From the NCBI RefSeq assembly GCF_006345805.1, contig NC_043015.1, positions 42,904,001 through 42,968,000 on the forward strand: 64,000 bases of DNA, in the 5' to 3' direction. Position 1 is the stretch's first letter, and the number at the start of each line of letters is the position of its first letter. Source of the DNA: Octopus sinensis (Eukaryota). A program made the position numbers and the translations under genes. Positions 25,922-38,389 of the stretch are shown here, one piece after another. Below the pieces are notes generated by a model. It made no database searches. It had not been told where the DNA came from and was given only the letters and a program-made list of their open reading frames with translations.

Positions 25922-26545
25922 TTAGCTGAATTACCCGGCGTTGCCCAGGCTACTGCTGTTCTTATTATGATTAGTAAACAATAAATATGAAGATATATAT
26001 TTTTTTTTCTCATAATTATTTCAAAATATCTATACTTAGTCAAAAAAATATCCAAATTGTAAAGATAATAGAATTTAGAACTGAAAAATCTGTCAATCTT
26101 GAAGCACCTCAGGGTAAACAATATTCATTGTGTAAATTTTTGTTGTTGTCCAAATGAATAAATTGTGGCTGCTTCCAACTCGTGAGCAACCAACAAAGAG
26201 TTGACCGTGGGAGAAGCATGTAGCAGAGAGATCAAGTTAGTCTAACCACCTTGAGGGATTGACTCTGAGATTTACTAATTGAAATACCAAAACTTAGTCT
26301 GACTAGAAACTGAAGACTCTTAAATTCAAATGGAACATCTGTAGGTATGAGAGGAGATTTTGGAATGAAGATTGTTATGATTGTTGCCTGCAGGACATGG
26401 GGCTTCATGGAAGTAACAATTAAGCGAGTTCCATTATGCAAATGAGATGAGTCAAGATTCCTAAGCAACATAATGGTAGCATGCAGCTTTAGTGTCAAGT
26501 TATGCGCTCATGTAAAAAGGGAGAAAGCAAAGACTGAAAAAATGT
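25922..26545 (-). mobile_element. Helitron 3' end: decayed PIF1-family helicase C-terminus, subterminal hairpin and CTAR terminus
   Basis: IMLLRNLD..LHNGTRL...IPTDVPFEFKSLQFLVRLSFGISISKSQSQSL, then after frameshifts LDLSATCFSHGQLFVGCSRVG and [10 protein letters not shown]. The 3' end reads cctgggcaacgccgggtaattcagCTAA (hairpin plus CTRR-like end). Confidence 0.9.
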
Positions 26546-26552
26546 ATGTATG

Positions 26553-26592
<40 letters not shown>

Positions 26593-26972
26593 GGCGCAGG
26601 AGTGGCTGTGTGGTAAGTAGCTTGTTTACCAACCACATGGTTCCGGGTTCAGTTCCACTGCGTGGCACCTTGGGCAAGTGTCTTCTACTATAGCTTCGGG
26701 CCAACCAAAGCCTTGTGAGTGGATTTGGTAGACGGAAACTGAAAAGAAGCCCGTTGTATATATGTATATATGTGTGTGTTTGTCCCCCTAGCATTGCTTG
26801 ACAACCGATGCTGGTGTGTTTATGTCCCCATTACTTAGCAGTTCGGCAAAAGAGACCGATAGAATAAGTACTGGGCTTACAAAAAGAATAAATCCCGGGG
26901 TCGAGTTGCTCGATTAAAGGTGGTGCTCCAACATGGCCGCAGTCAACTGACTGAAACAAGTAAAAGAGTAAA
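26593..26972 (+). mobile_element. SINE A, full-length
   Basis: Very similar to 3008-3423. Confidence 0.9.
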
Positions 26973-27454
26973 ATACACACAAACACATTAACAGAGCAAA
27001 CTTATAAAGAGCCCAAAGGCACAAGATATTAAAGGAGAAAAAGTATGGTGTTACAAGTCCGACAGCTGTTTCTGGGGGCTCGGAGTTACTTCATAATGTT
27101 GGCAGATGTAGTTTACCAGAATATGCAACCAATAATGAAAGCAAATAAACATAGGATAGACCTGGCTTCCCTCTCCAGGGAGGAGAGATACAAATCTCCA
27201 TAGTTTCTCCCCTTTAATTTTGTCTGTCTTTCTAGTCTATGTCAGTTTGCACTGTTAATATATGCATATCTATATATTTGTATATATATTTACACTTGTA
27301 CTTCATCATATGAAAATTTTCCATCTTTGCTTTCTCTCTATTTACATGTATACATGTTTGTATATTTTATATATCAAACCCAAGCAGTTTCATTTGTTTA
27401 TTTGCATCATTGTCTTTCTCTCTCTATATATAATTACATATACATATTGTATAT

Positions 27455-28000
27455 ATTATCATATATCATTAACAAATCAACACTATCATATATTATCATA
27501 TCATTAAGAAGACAATACTACCATATATTATATTAACATACCTATACTATCAAACATTATCATATCATTAAAATCCTTACACTATCATATATTATAATAC
27601 CATTAACAAGCCTATACTATCAAATATCATTAACAAGCCTGTACTACCATATATTATGTCATTAACAAGCCTCTACAACTATAAATTATAATATCATTAA
27701 CAGACCAACACTATTATATATTATCATATCATTAACAAGCCTACACTACCATACATTATCATATCATTAACAAGGCTCTATTATCATATATCATTAACAA
27801 GCCTATACTACCATATATTATGTCATTAACAAGCCTACACTACTATATATTATCATATCATTAACAAGCCTACACTACCATATATTATTATATCATTAAC
27901 AAGCCAACAGTACCATACATTATAACATCAACAGACCAACGCTATCATATATTATCATATCATTAAGAAGCCTACACTACCATACATTAACAAGCCAACT
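27455..28000 (+). repeat. ~35-bp minisatellite (tatcattaacaagcctacactaccatatattatca)
   Basis: About 15 diverged units; attaacaag at 27731 and 27766 gives the period. Confidence 0.88.
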
Positions 28001-28329
28001 GTTGCATGTTATCAAGTAATATCGACAAAGCAACTCTATAATCTGTTACATACAACAAAGCAACTCTCTCATGTCTACTCTATTATCAAGGAGCCTCCTC
28101 TGTTATATATTAACATATTATTAATGTAGTCTAGTGTATGATATCTGTATAATGCCATTGATAAGCCTACTTTATTGTGTATTATATCTTTAATGAACTA
28201 GAGTAAGCCTGTGCTATCGTATATTATAAACACGATTGTATCTATTTTATTCTATATTATGAACATGCTATTGTAAACCTTCTCTATCAAATGTTACCCT
28301 GAAACAAATACAGCCTGTGTGATAACACC

Positions 28330-28840
28330 TAGTGTGTGTGTTTAATCTGCGTGTGTGTGTGTGGATGTATGTGAATGTGTATGTGTGAAAGAATGTGTGT
28401 GTGTGTATTTGAGTGTATGTGTATGTGTGTAGGAGTGTGCGTGTGTATATGAGTGAAAGAATGTGTGTGTGTATTTAAGTATGTGTGTATGAGTGTGTGT
28501 AGGATTGTGTGTGTGTGTAGGAGTGTAAGTGTGTGAATGTGTGCATACATGTGGGTAGGAGTGTACATGTATGTGTGCAAGAATGTGTATGTGAGAGTGT
28601 GTGTGTGTGTATGTATGTGTGAGTGTGTGTGAATGTGTATATATGTGTGGGTAGGAGTGTGCATGTGTATGTATGTGCAAGGATGTGTATGTGAGAGAGT
28701 GTGTGTGTAGGAGTGTACATGTATGTATGTGTGCAAGAGTGTGTGTGTGTGTGTGAGTCTGAAAAACAGAGTGAACATGTGTGTGTGTTTGAGTGTATGT
28801 AAGTGCGATGAGTGAGCGTTTACATGTGTATGTGCATATG
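28330..28840. repeat. Degenerate (TG)n tract
   Basis: Direct inspection. Confidence 0.88.
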
Positions 28841-29499
28841 TAAACAGATTAAGATCGAGTGACTGAGTAAGTGTAACTTAGAGGGAGAGAGAGACTCAAA
28901 GAAACGGCCAACCCTTACGATGCCATTCTAACACTAACACTACACAACAGATTTGAAGAAAGAACAAAAAAAAAAAAACCAAAAAAAAACGAGAAAATTA
29001 TAAAGCAACATGCAAAACCACAAAAAAAAAACCACGTAAAATTTCAAAAAAAAAAAAACAAAACCCTAACAAAAATCCAAGAATTTCCAAAGCAAACCAA
29101 ATAAATTATATATTTTGTGTTTTTGAGAAAATTTGGTTGGATTGTTTCCTTGTTCTTCTTGGGAATCTGCTTCGGTTTTTTTTTTTTTTTATATTTCAAT
29201 TAAATATCAATCAATTTTATTTAGGTTTCTAATGCTTTCATCTGGAATTATCTGCAACAGCTTCGGGTCATGATGTAGAGATGATGAAACACTTCAGAGA
29301 AGACCGAGAGTAAGAAAGGAGGCAAACGCAAACACACACACTTTAGATATACAGGCGTTCCATAAGTAATGTAACATCTAAACAGTTATTCTTTCTCAAT
29401 ATCCTAGCGCCAATACGATTATGGAGTATAAGGTGTCATCTATCTATCTATCTGTCTACATTGTGTGTATGCATGTCTATATATACATATAAATATATA

Positions 29500-29700
29500 T
29501 AAAGTTAATCCAAACAAGAAAGCACAAAAAAACACAACAATGCGAGGACGTGGAACAAATATAGTATTATTGGATGCTCAGGAAAGAAGGAGGGTTTAAC
29601 GTTTCAAGCAGAGCTCTTCGTCGGAAACATAGAAGGAAAGATCCAGAGAAGGGAAGACAGAGGAAAAAAAAAATCCCCAACGGTACATACGCGGTCACAG
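29500..29700 (-). mobile_element. Penelope-like non-autonomous repeat with a hammerhead-like core (29594-29630)
   Basis: Homologous to 52284-52430, 52660-52858 and 55237-55345. Minus strand: gttt CCGACGA a GAGC tct GCTT GAAA cg TT aaac. Confidence 0.65.
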
Positions 29701-30713
29701 TGAACAGGTCACAGTCTCAAAGTGATGGAAATATTTTGGCAAATTGAATTTAAATGTTGAAGTGAATCTAACGGTTTTTGTGTGTTTTAAATGGCTTATA
29801 AACACCTTCCACGCTGCAATTCCAGCACATGATCTCAGATTAGGTCACTTGCTATGCAAGTACATTTCCATAATATATATATATATTTATACAAATATGT
29901 ATGCAAACACATATATGAATGTATACATACACATATGGCTGTATATATTACATATATGTATACATACACATGCAGAGATGTATATATAACACATATGTAC
30001 ATACATACGTGTGTTGTATATATATATATATATATGTATACATAGACATGTATCTATGTGCACATACACATGTCTATACATACACACACATGTATGTATC
30101 TACATATATAGACATCCGTATTTATCTATCTACATTTAGCAGCACATCTAGGTTTCTATCAATCTACACCCATACTTCTCTACCTGTCTGTCAAGTTATT
30201 TCTCTCTCCCTCTCTATCTTACAGACAGACCTCTCCCTATTAACCTATCACCATCCAGTTGTCTAGACACACTCCACATATCTACACACGATAACCTATC
30301 AACCGACCTACCTTCATCCATCCATCCATCCCTCTATCTGTCCAGCCACCTACATCAATCTATCTATCAGCATCCTGTATCTATCGACTGTATTCTTAAC
30401 TTCTTGATGGAAACAAGCGGCAAGCTGTTATATAACAGCGCCGTACATTGCCACACAGGTTTCCTTTCTGTCTACGAACACTGACTCATCAAAGATCTGC
30501 TCCAAGAATTTACCGAAAAAGATTTACATCACAGATGTAAATCTTTTGCCGCTATATGTTATCATTGGTAAGAGTGTGAGAGCAGTGGATTACAAAACCA
30601 CTGTGGTGCTTAGCAGATGGCGAAAAGGAGTGGGAAGAAAGTAAGGCTCCGTTCATAAACAGAGGCCGAGGTAAATGGGGTAACACCTATTACGAGTGGG
30701 GGGGCAGACTCAT

Positions 30714-31495
30714 CTCAAATGGTACTTCCTTTCTTATTGACCCCCAAAAGGACAAAAGGCAAAGCTGACCCCGGCAGAATTTGAACTATAGGTTGCTGCT
30801 TTAATAATAATAATAATAATAATGATGATAATAATAATAATGATGATGATGATAATAATAATAATAATAATAAATGCCCTGATGCAGTACCAGGCAGTGG
30901 CTCTCATGGCTTCTGATCTTTACTGACTGGAAGTGTTATCATGTACATTGTTTTGTCTTGGTATAAAAGATGGGCTACAGCAAATATTCTGCTCAATACC
31001 ACAGATTTGCTTGTCAGTTGTTTGACCATAACCAGTTGAGCATGTCCCTTAGTGGCTGACGATATCTGCATCACTGATCACGAGCAGAAATAGTGGGGGA
31101 GCATCATAGCCGTGTGTTGAAAGGAATTCTTGGAGGTTTGGATAATCCTTATTCAGAGACCTTTTGAGTGGGATGGGCTACTCGACCAGAAGAAAATTCT
31201 AACTGGGTCCCACCTGCAAGGTCATGTGCTGTTTATTTTTATATATTACCATGTCGCGCACACATGGTTGTGGTGCATGTGCCTGGTGTACCCTTATCAG
31301 ACGAGTAGTCATGAGGGGTATATTGGGCTTCGTATATTTTACCCCAGTGTCACTTTGATGGCATGCACTGCTCTCTCACTCAATAATAATAATGATTTCA
31401 AAATTTTGGCACAAAACCTATAGTTCAAATTCTACCGGGGTCAGCTTTGCCTTTTGTCCTTTTGGAGGTCAATAAGAAAGGAAGTACCATTTGAG
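30714..31495. repeat. 81-bp inverted repeat (SINE D-derived arms 30714-30794 and 31415-31495) around a family E copy
   Basis: The arms differ at 2 of 81 positions by my reading. Confidence 0.88.
30870..31395 (+). mobile_element. Family E retroposon copy between (AAT)n runs
   Basis: Matches 1898-2700, with an internal deletion. Confidence 0.85.
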
Positions 31496-31662
31496 TACTT
31501 AGGTCCCCCACCCCAAAAAGTTTGGGGGAGGGTACTTATTTTATCAACCCCCGAAAGGAAGAAAAGCAAAGTCGACCTTGGCAGAAATGCCACTATGAAT
31601 TTTGACTAAGGATTCTGCCAGATAGTAATAATAATAATAATGATGATGATGATGATGATGAA

Positions 31663-31695
<33 letters not shown>

Positions 31696-32734
31696 GTTGG
31701 TTTGTCATGGTTTGAGTTCATGGTGATGACGATGATGATGGAGTTTTTAATAATCTCATTGATATCATCAGCTGTTGCCCCCCCTCCCCTTCACCCCCCC
31801 CTCTCTCTCTCTCTCTCTCTCTCATTGTTTTCATACAGAAAATAACATTGTTGATGATGATGATGATGATGATATCGATGATCGCTATTTTAATAAACAT
31901 ATTGATAATAGCCAGTTCTTTATCGCTATCCCTCTCCCCAGCTAATAATGATAATAATAACAATCATCATCATCACCATGGTCATTTACAAACCGTCTCA
32001 CCACTTCCATCAAAATGAAATCATCTATACCACCACCACTACTACTACCACCACCACCATGCACAATTCTGCTACCATCACCAACACCACCATCACCATG
32101 CACAAAACTGCTATCTTCTTTGTAGTCATCATCATCATCATCATCCACATCATCAGAATCGCCCACACTGCCATATCCCCCACCTTGTCTGCAGCACCAA
32201 CTACCATTATCACAACCATCATCATCATCATCATCCACATCATCATCCTTCACATCACCACCACAACCCCCCACTCTTAAACAGAACCACTACTAATGCT
32301 GTTGCTACTACTACTACTACTACCATTATCATTGTCTATACCATCATCATCATCATCATCACCATTTCTGCTCTCCTCCAACCATCATCACCACCACCAC
32401 CACCACCATCATGACTTCTCCTAGTGTCCCAATTAAGAGGAATATATTTATTAAAACATCATGAGATTTTAATGCATTCCAGGAAACGAAAATCCTGATT
32501 TTTTGCATTGCTTCAGAATTATTTTGTTTTATACAAGTGTTGCTGGGTCAAGGAGAATCAACAGAATAGCAGAGAAAAGGGGAACGAATATTGGGAGAGA
32601 CTGCAGGAAAAAAAGAGAGAGATAGGTGACAGAAAGATCGATAAATAGGATAGATAAATAGTTAAAAGGTCCATAGACAGACAGACAGACAGATAGATAT
32701 AGATGGATAAAGGACATACACAAACAAGGAATGC

Positions 32735-33060
32735 TATGTCATGAGCTGACAAAGCACATCCCTGGACCCTATTCCATGAACCTATATATTATCCAACTCT
32801 GGGTCCTAAGCCACAAGTCAACACATTACGCAGTCTAGGACCCTGTGATATAAGCTGACACACTATGAAACCTTAGACCCTACGCCATGAAGTGATACAG
32901 CACACATAGCACCCAATCTAGATCCCTATGTCCTGAACCCAAAGCATTACAAAACCCAGGGTCCTGTGATATGAGCTGTCACAAAACACAACCTAGATCC
33001 CTATGCCCTGAACTGACACCTTATGCAACAACCCTGCATTCTATGCTCTGAGCGGATACC
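32735..33060 (+). repeat. Highly diverged ~37-bp minisatellite (ggaccctatgccatgaactgacacatta...)
   Basis: Anchors ggaccct/gggtcct/agaccct at about 32764, 32801, 32838 and 32875. Confidence 0.7.
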
Positions 33061-33346
33061 ATCACACTCTGAAGAAACCCCTAAAATCTGAACAGTAGAC
33101 ACAACCAACAGCCAAGAAGCCAACACACATGAACATTATAGCATGTAAGTCGTTTTGTTCTAATAGCTTATTCCTTGAATGGCTGCCCCCTAGAACTCCC
33201 TACCATTCTACTGTCTGGAACCAATAACATTGTCTTGTTTTCCTCTGGTCTATGATATTTGGTCCTTTAACCTTTTTAAACCAACCCACCTGAAACAGCC
33301 CCAGATTCCATGATACAAACTTACTGATTTAAAGTGGTCTAAATAT

Positions 33347-34085
33347 AGGTTCAGGAGTGGCTGTGTGGTACTGGGTTCAATCCTGTCGCAGGGCATCTTA
33401 GGCAAGTGTCTTCTACTATGGCCTTGGGCTGACCAAAGCCTTGTGAGTAGATTCGGTAGACGGAAACTGAATGAAGATTTGTGTGTGTGTGTGTGATATA
33501 TGTCTTTGCATCTTGTGTTTGTCCCCCGCTACCATTTCACAAGTGGTGTTGGTGTGTTTATGTCTCTGTAACTTAGCAGTCTGGCCAAAGGGACCTACAG
33601 AATAAGAATCAGGGGGTGAAAAAAAAAACCGGAAAAAAAAAAGAAAAAAAGAACTGGAATTAGTTCATTTAAGTAAGATTCCTCAAAGCAGTGCCCCAAC
33701 ATGGCCACAGTCTAATGTCTGAAACAAGTACGAGATAAAGGATAAAGACAGATTATAATCTTCTATCAAAGTTTTTCTGCTAATTTGTTCCAGACTCAGC
33801 TTAATTAATGAGAAGGTTAATTCACTAAGTTCTCCATTATTTAAAAAATTAATTGAAATAAAGACAGCAAATGTTAACAGGAATATGGTGACAAAAGACA
33901 AAGACATGACTGTGGGGTAAGAAGCTTGCTTCCCAATCACATGGTTCTGGGTTCAGTCACACTCTGTGGCACTTTGAGCAAGTGTCTTTTACTATGGCCT
34001 CGGGCCGTGATTTGCTTGATTAAAATCCTTCAAGGCAGTGCTCCAGCATGACCGCAGTCAAATGACTGAAACAAGTAAAAGAAGA
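33347..34085 (+). mobile_element. Two SINE A copies (33347-33740 and an internally deleted copy at 33908-34085)
   Basis: Head and tail motifs of family A. Confidence 0.8.
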
Positions 34086-35170
34086 AAAAGGCGGGAAGCG
34101 GGGTTTAAGGTTTCTCTCGATCAACATCTTTTGAATTTATAAACCCCTTTTTTTGCAGTCCTTTCTACTACAATGGCCTCAAGCCCCATTTGGGACAAAA
34201 ACGACAAAAAACGAAACAGATGCCATGAATTACATAACGAATATTAGAATACTTGTGTCAAAATATGAAAAAAAAAAAAAAAAAGAAATTTTAAATACAA
34301 AATTACGCAACGAAGAAGAATGAAAGTTGGAAACCCCGGACCATTTTGAGGAATGGAATGAAATAAATCAGCAACAAAAACTTGAAATAGAGAAAGAATC
34401 AATAAATGTCAAAAGTTGAAACATTTTCCTTCCAGCAATCATTTGGGTTATTATTAAATGTGTGAGAAAAAGAATAGGATGGAATTTGCTTTTGGCTGTT
34501 ATTTATATATATATATATACATACATATCTGAATATATATAGATATGTATATATGAATATATATATGTATATATGAATATATATATATATGAATATATAT
34601 GAATATATATATATATGAATATATATGAATATATATATATGTATATATGAATATATATATATGTGAATATACGAATATTTATATATATATCTAGATATGA
34701 ATAATTCCTTATATATGAATATACGCACGCACACACACACTAAAACACAAATATACATACATACTTACATTTGTACATATATATATTTATACAAACATAT
34801 ATACATACACATGCGTGCGTGCATGCATGCACGCACATACACACACATACGTGCAAAACCTGGAGAGTGTTTATAAATATTTGTAGGATGGAAAAACTTG
34901 GGGAAAAAAAAATTGAAAAGCATAGAGAGGAGAGAAAGAGAGAGTGTGACATGTAAATGTATGAATGCAGAGGAAAGATATGGCCTCACCCCACCTCCGG
35001 TACTGAATTAAATAATTGATTTCCATTGTTTATAAAATATGACAAGGTCTGACAATGTGAAACACACACATTATACATACATATATGTCCAACCCATGCG
35101 AGCATGGAAGGTGGAAGTTAACATGATGATGTGTATATATATATATATATATATACCCATATAATATACA

Positions 35171-35607
35171 TTTTACTCTCTTTTACTCGTTTCAGGCATT
35201 TGATTGTGGCCATGCTGGAGCACCGTCTTTTAGTCGAGCAAATCGAGCCCAGGACGTATTCTTTGTAAGCCTAGTACTTATTCTATCTGGCTCGTTTGCC
35301 GAACCACTAAGTTACAGGGATGTAAACACACCACCATCGGTTGTCAAGCGATGTTGGGGGGGGGGGCAAACACAGACACGCAAACATATACACACACATA
35401 CATATATGTATATATATATATATATACGACGGGCTTCTTTCAGTTTCCGTCAACCAAATCCACTCACAAGGCTTTGGTTGAGCCCAAGGCTATAGTAGAA
35501 GACACTTAGCCCAAGGTGTCACGCAGTGGAACTGAACCCGGAACTGTGTGGTAAGTAGCTTGCTTACTAACCACTTGCTTACTAACCACACAGCTACTCC
35601 TGCGCCT
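35171..35607 (-). mobile_element. SINE A, full-length, with a small internal duplication (cttgcttactaacca twice)
   Basis: Reverse complement of the family A consensus. Confidence 0.9.
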
Positions 35608-36214
35608 ATATATATATATGCACATACATACACACAACATATCTCTATATATGATACATATAAACACACATATGTACACACAGACACACACACACACATA
35701 AAATGCACCAAGTGACTTGTGAAGGTATGACCACTGCTGCAGGTCTCAGCACTCATGAGCTGGTCAAGCTGATGCGGTTGATACCCATTCTGAACATCTG
35801 CAAGTAAAACGTAGGCGGAGAAGGGACCCAACTTTTGGTGTGTGAAGCCTCATACCTCCCATCCAAGGGAAAGAACTGGGGTGTCGGGATTCTGACTGAA
35901 TGTTATAATATCCAACTAAAGACCCCTAGCAGGGACCAGGTGGATGTATAGCTATAGCGTTAAGGTTTGCCACCAATTAAGAGAGAATTAATGCTTGTAA
36001 CAGGGTAAACTCTACCCAAGACCTCACAAGACCAGGTGACAGTATTGTACCACAGGGTGTGAGAATGAAGCCTACCGCCTACCGTTACTCAAAGGATGGA
36101 ACTGAGAAGTCTGGACCAAAGAAATGCTTCCAACAAATAGAACTCTGCTAAAAGAAATTTCCAGATTATCTGAGACCTATTCCTGACAATTAAGTGAATG
36201 GTGCTTCATAGAAT

Positions 36215-36437
36215 TAACAACCTTTTTAGCATTTAAACTGACCATGTCCAGCCAAAATATCCTACCTTGTTTTATGTTCAAACCAGTTAGATCCAGCTTG
36301 TACCTACCCTACAAGGTCATTCTAAAAATAAAGAACCACATCATTGGAATCTGAAAGCTATGAGTTAATGCATGATTAACTCAAAACAATATGAATAAAT
36401 AAGTGTAACATTTGACAGAGTAACCTGGATGCTAGGA
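36215..36437 (-). mobile_element. TTAA-type MITE (reverse copy of 43007-43235)
   Basis: ttaacaacctttttagcatttaaactg...ttgacagagtaacctggatgcta. Confidence 0.65.
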
Positions 36438-36527
36438 GACCAAAGCAGATTGTCCAAATCACAATAAAATGAATTTGAATACAAGACCCATTAATAGGCA
36501 TCTCTGGAGATCGTTATTTATTTTATA

Positions 36528-36968
36528 GGCATAGGAGTGGCTGTGTGGTAAGTAGCTTGCTTATGAACCACATGGTTCCGGGTTCAGTCCCACTGCATGA
36601 CACCTTGGGCAAGTGTCTTTCACTATAGCCTCGGGCCGACCAAAGCCATGTGAGTGGATTTGGTAGACGGAAACTGAAAGAAGCCCATCGTGTATATGTA
36701 TGCGTGTTTGTGTGTCTGTGTTTGTACCCCCAACATCGCTTGACAACCGATGCTTGTGTGTTTACGTCTCTGTAACTTAGTAGTTCGGCAAAAGAGACTG
36801 ATAGAATAAGTACTAGGCTTCTTTCAGTTTCTGTCTACCAAATCCACTCACAAGGCTTTGCTCGGCCCGAAGCTATAGCAGAAGACACTTGCCCAAGGGT
36901 GCCACGCAGTGGGACTGAACCTGGAACCATGTGGTTAGTAAGCAAGCTACTTACCATACAGCTACTCC
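36528..36968. mobile_element. SINE A (+) fused to an inverted SINE A head (-), forming a fold-back
   Basis: Arms 36534-36685 and 36816-36968; the junction falls at a shared ggctt. Confidence 0.88.
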
Positions 36969-37625
36969 GGCACAAGGCCAGCAATTAAGGGGAGGGGGTA
37001 AGTTAACTATCCCCACCCCCTCACCCATGCTCAACTGGTACTTATTTTATTAACCCTGAAAGGATTAAAGGCAAAGTTGACCTGGGAAACATTTAAACTC
37101 AGAACGTAAAGACAGATGAAATGGTACTGTTTTGCCTGACATGCTAGTGATTCTGCCAGCACACTGCCTTAGATAACAACAACAACAACAACAATAATAA
37201 TAATAATCGTTTGAAATTATAGGCACAAGGCCTGAAATTTTGGGGGAGGGGGTAAGTTGATTACATTAACCCCAGTGCTAAATAGGTTCTTATTTCATTG
37301 ACCCTGAAAGGATGAAAGGCAAACTCGACCTCGGCAGAATTTGAACTCAGAATGTAGCGGTAGACGAAATACTGCTAAGCATTTTGCCTGGCATGCTAGC
37401 ATTACTACCAGCTCGCTGTCTTAATAATAATAATAATAATAACAATTCTTTCTACTGTTGGTAAAAAGCCTGAAATTTCGGGAGGAGAGGGATAGTCAAT
37501 TATGTTGACCCCAGGATTCGACCGGTACTTATTTTGTGAAACCTAAGATAATGAAAGGCAAAGTCCACCTTGGCAGCCAAAATTTTGCTGAATGTGTTAA
37601 CGATTCCATCAGTTCGTCACCTTAC
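36969..37625 (-). mobile_element. Three tandem SINE D copies separated by (AAT/AAC)n
   Basis: Repeated ggcacaaggcc...ggtacttattttat..accctgaaaggatgaaaggcaaagtcgacc...gaactcagaa...ctgccagc. Confidence 0.85.
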
Positions 37626-38389
37626 TACTACCACTACTACTACTACTACTTATAATAATAATAATTTAAAACTTTGGTAGTTGATCATAATTTGTGCGGA
37701 GGAGTGAAGGTGATTCAACAAACCCCAATACGTATCTGGTACTTGATGGAACTCAGAAGAAACAAAAAAAGTAATTTAAACGGAAACACAGTTAACACCC
37801 CAAGCAGGATTTGAACTTAGAATAGAGAGAACACAAGGTAAGATTTCAGTCGAAGCCCTTAATTCTCTGAAGCCGAAATCCCTTGTGAAGAGTTTCATCA
37901 TCCCATCTTTGCTTGAGGTCACTTCCAAAAATGTCAGACACTTCCTGTCTTTGAGAGGCAATCGGACAGACCTTAACGTTTCCAGTCTTTCTTTCAAGAA
38001 ATCAATATCTTGTCTGAGCCATTGATCTGATAGAACGCTTGTAACAACAACAACAACAACGACAGCTACGACTACTACCACCACTACTACTGCTGCTGCA
38101 GCTGCAGTGCCAGTTAGGGCGACTACTATAACTGCAGCAGCAGTGATATCAACATGTGCAGCAATATCTGCAGCAGTAACAGCAGCATCTGTTGCAGTCA
38201 CAACACTGCAATAACTGCACCCATGACTGCAGCAGTCGTGATAACTGCCACTGCAGCAACAACAATTACACCTACAACTGCAGGAGCAACAAGAGTAACA
38301 GCAGCAGCTGCAGCAACAGTAACTGCAGCTGCAACAGTAACTATAGCAACAACAATAGCTGCAACAGCAACAATAACTTCAGCAATAGT

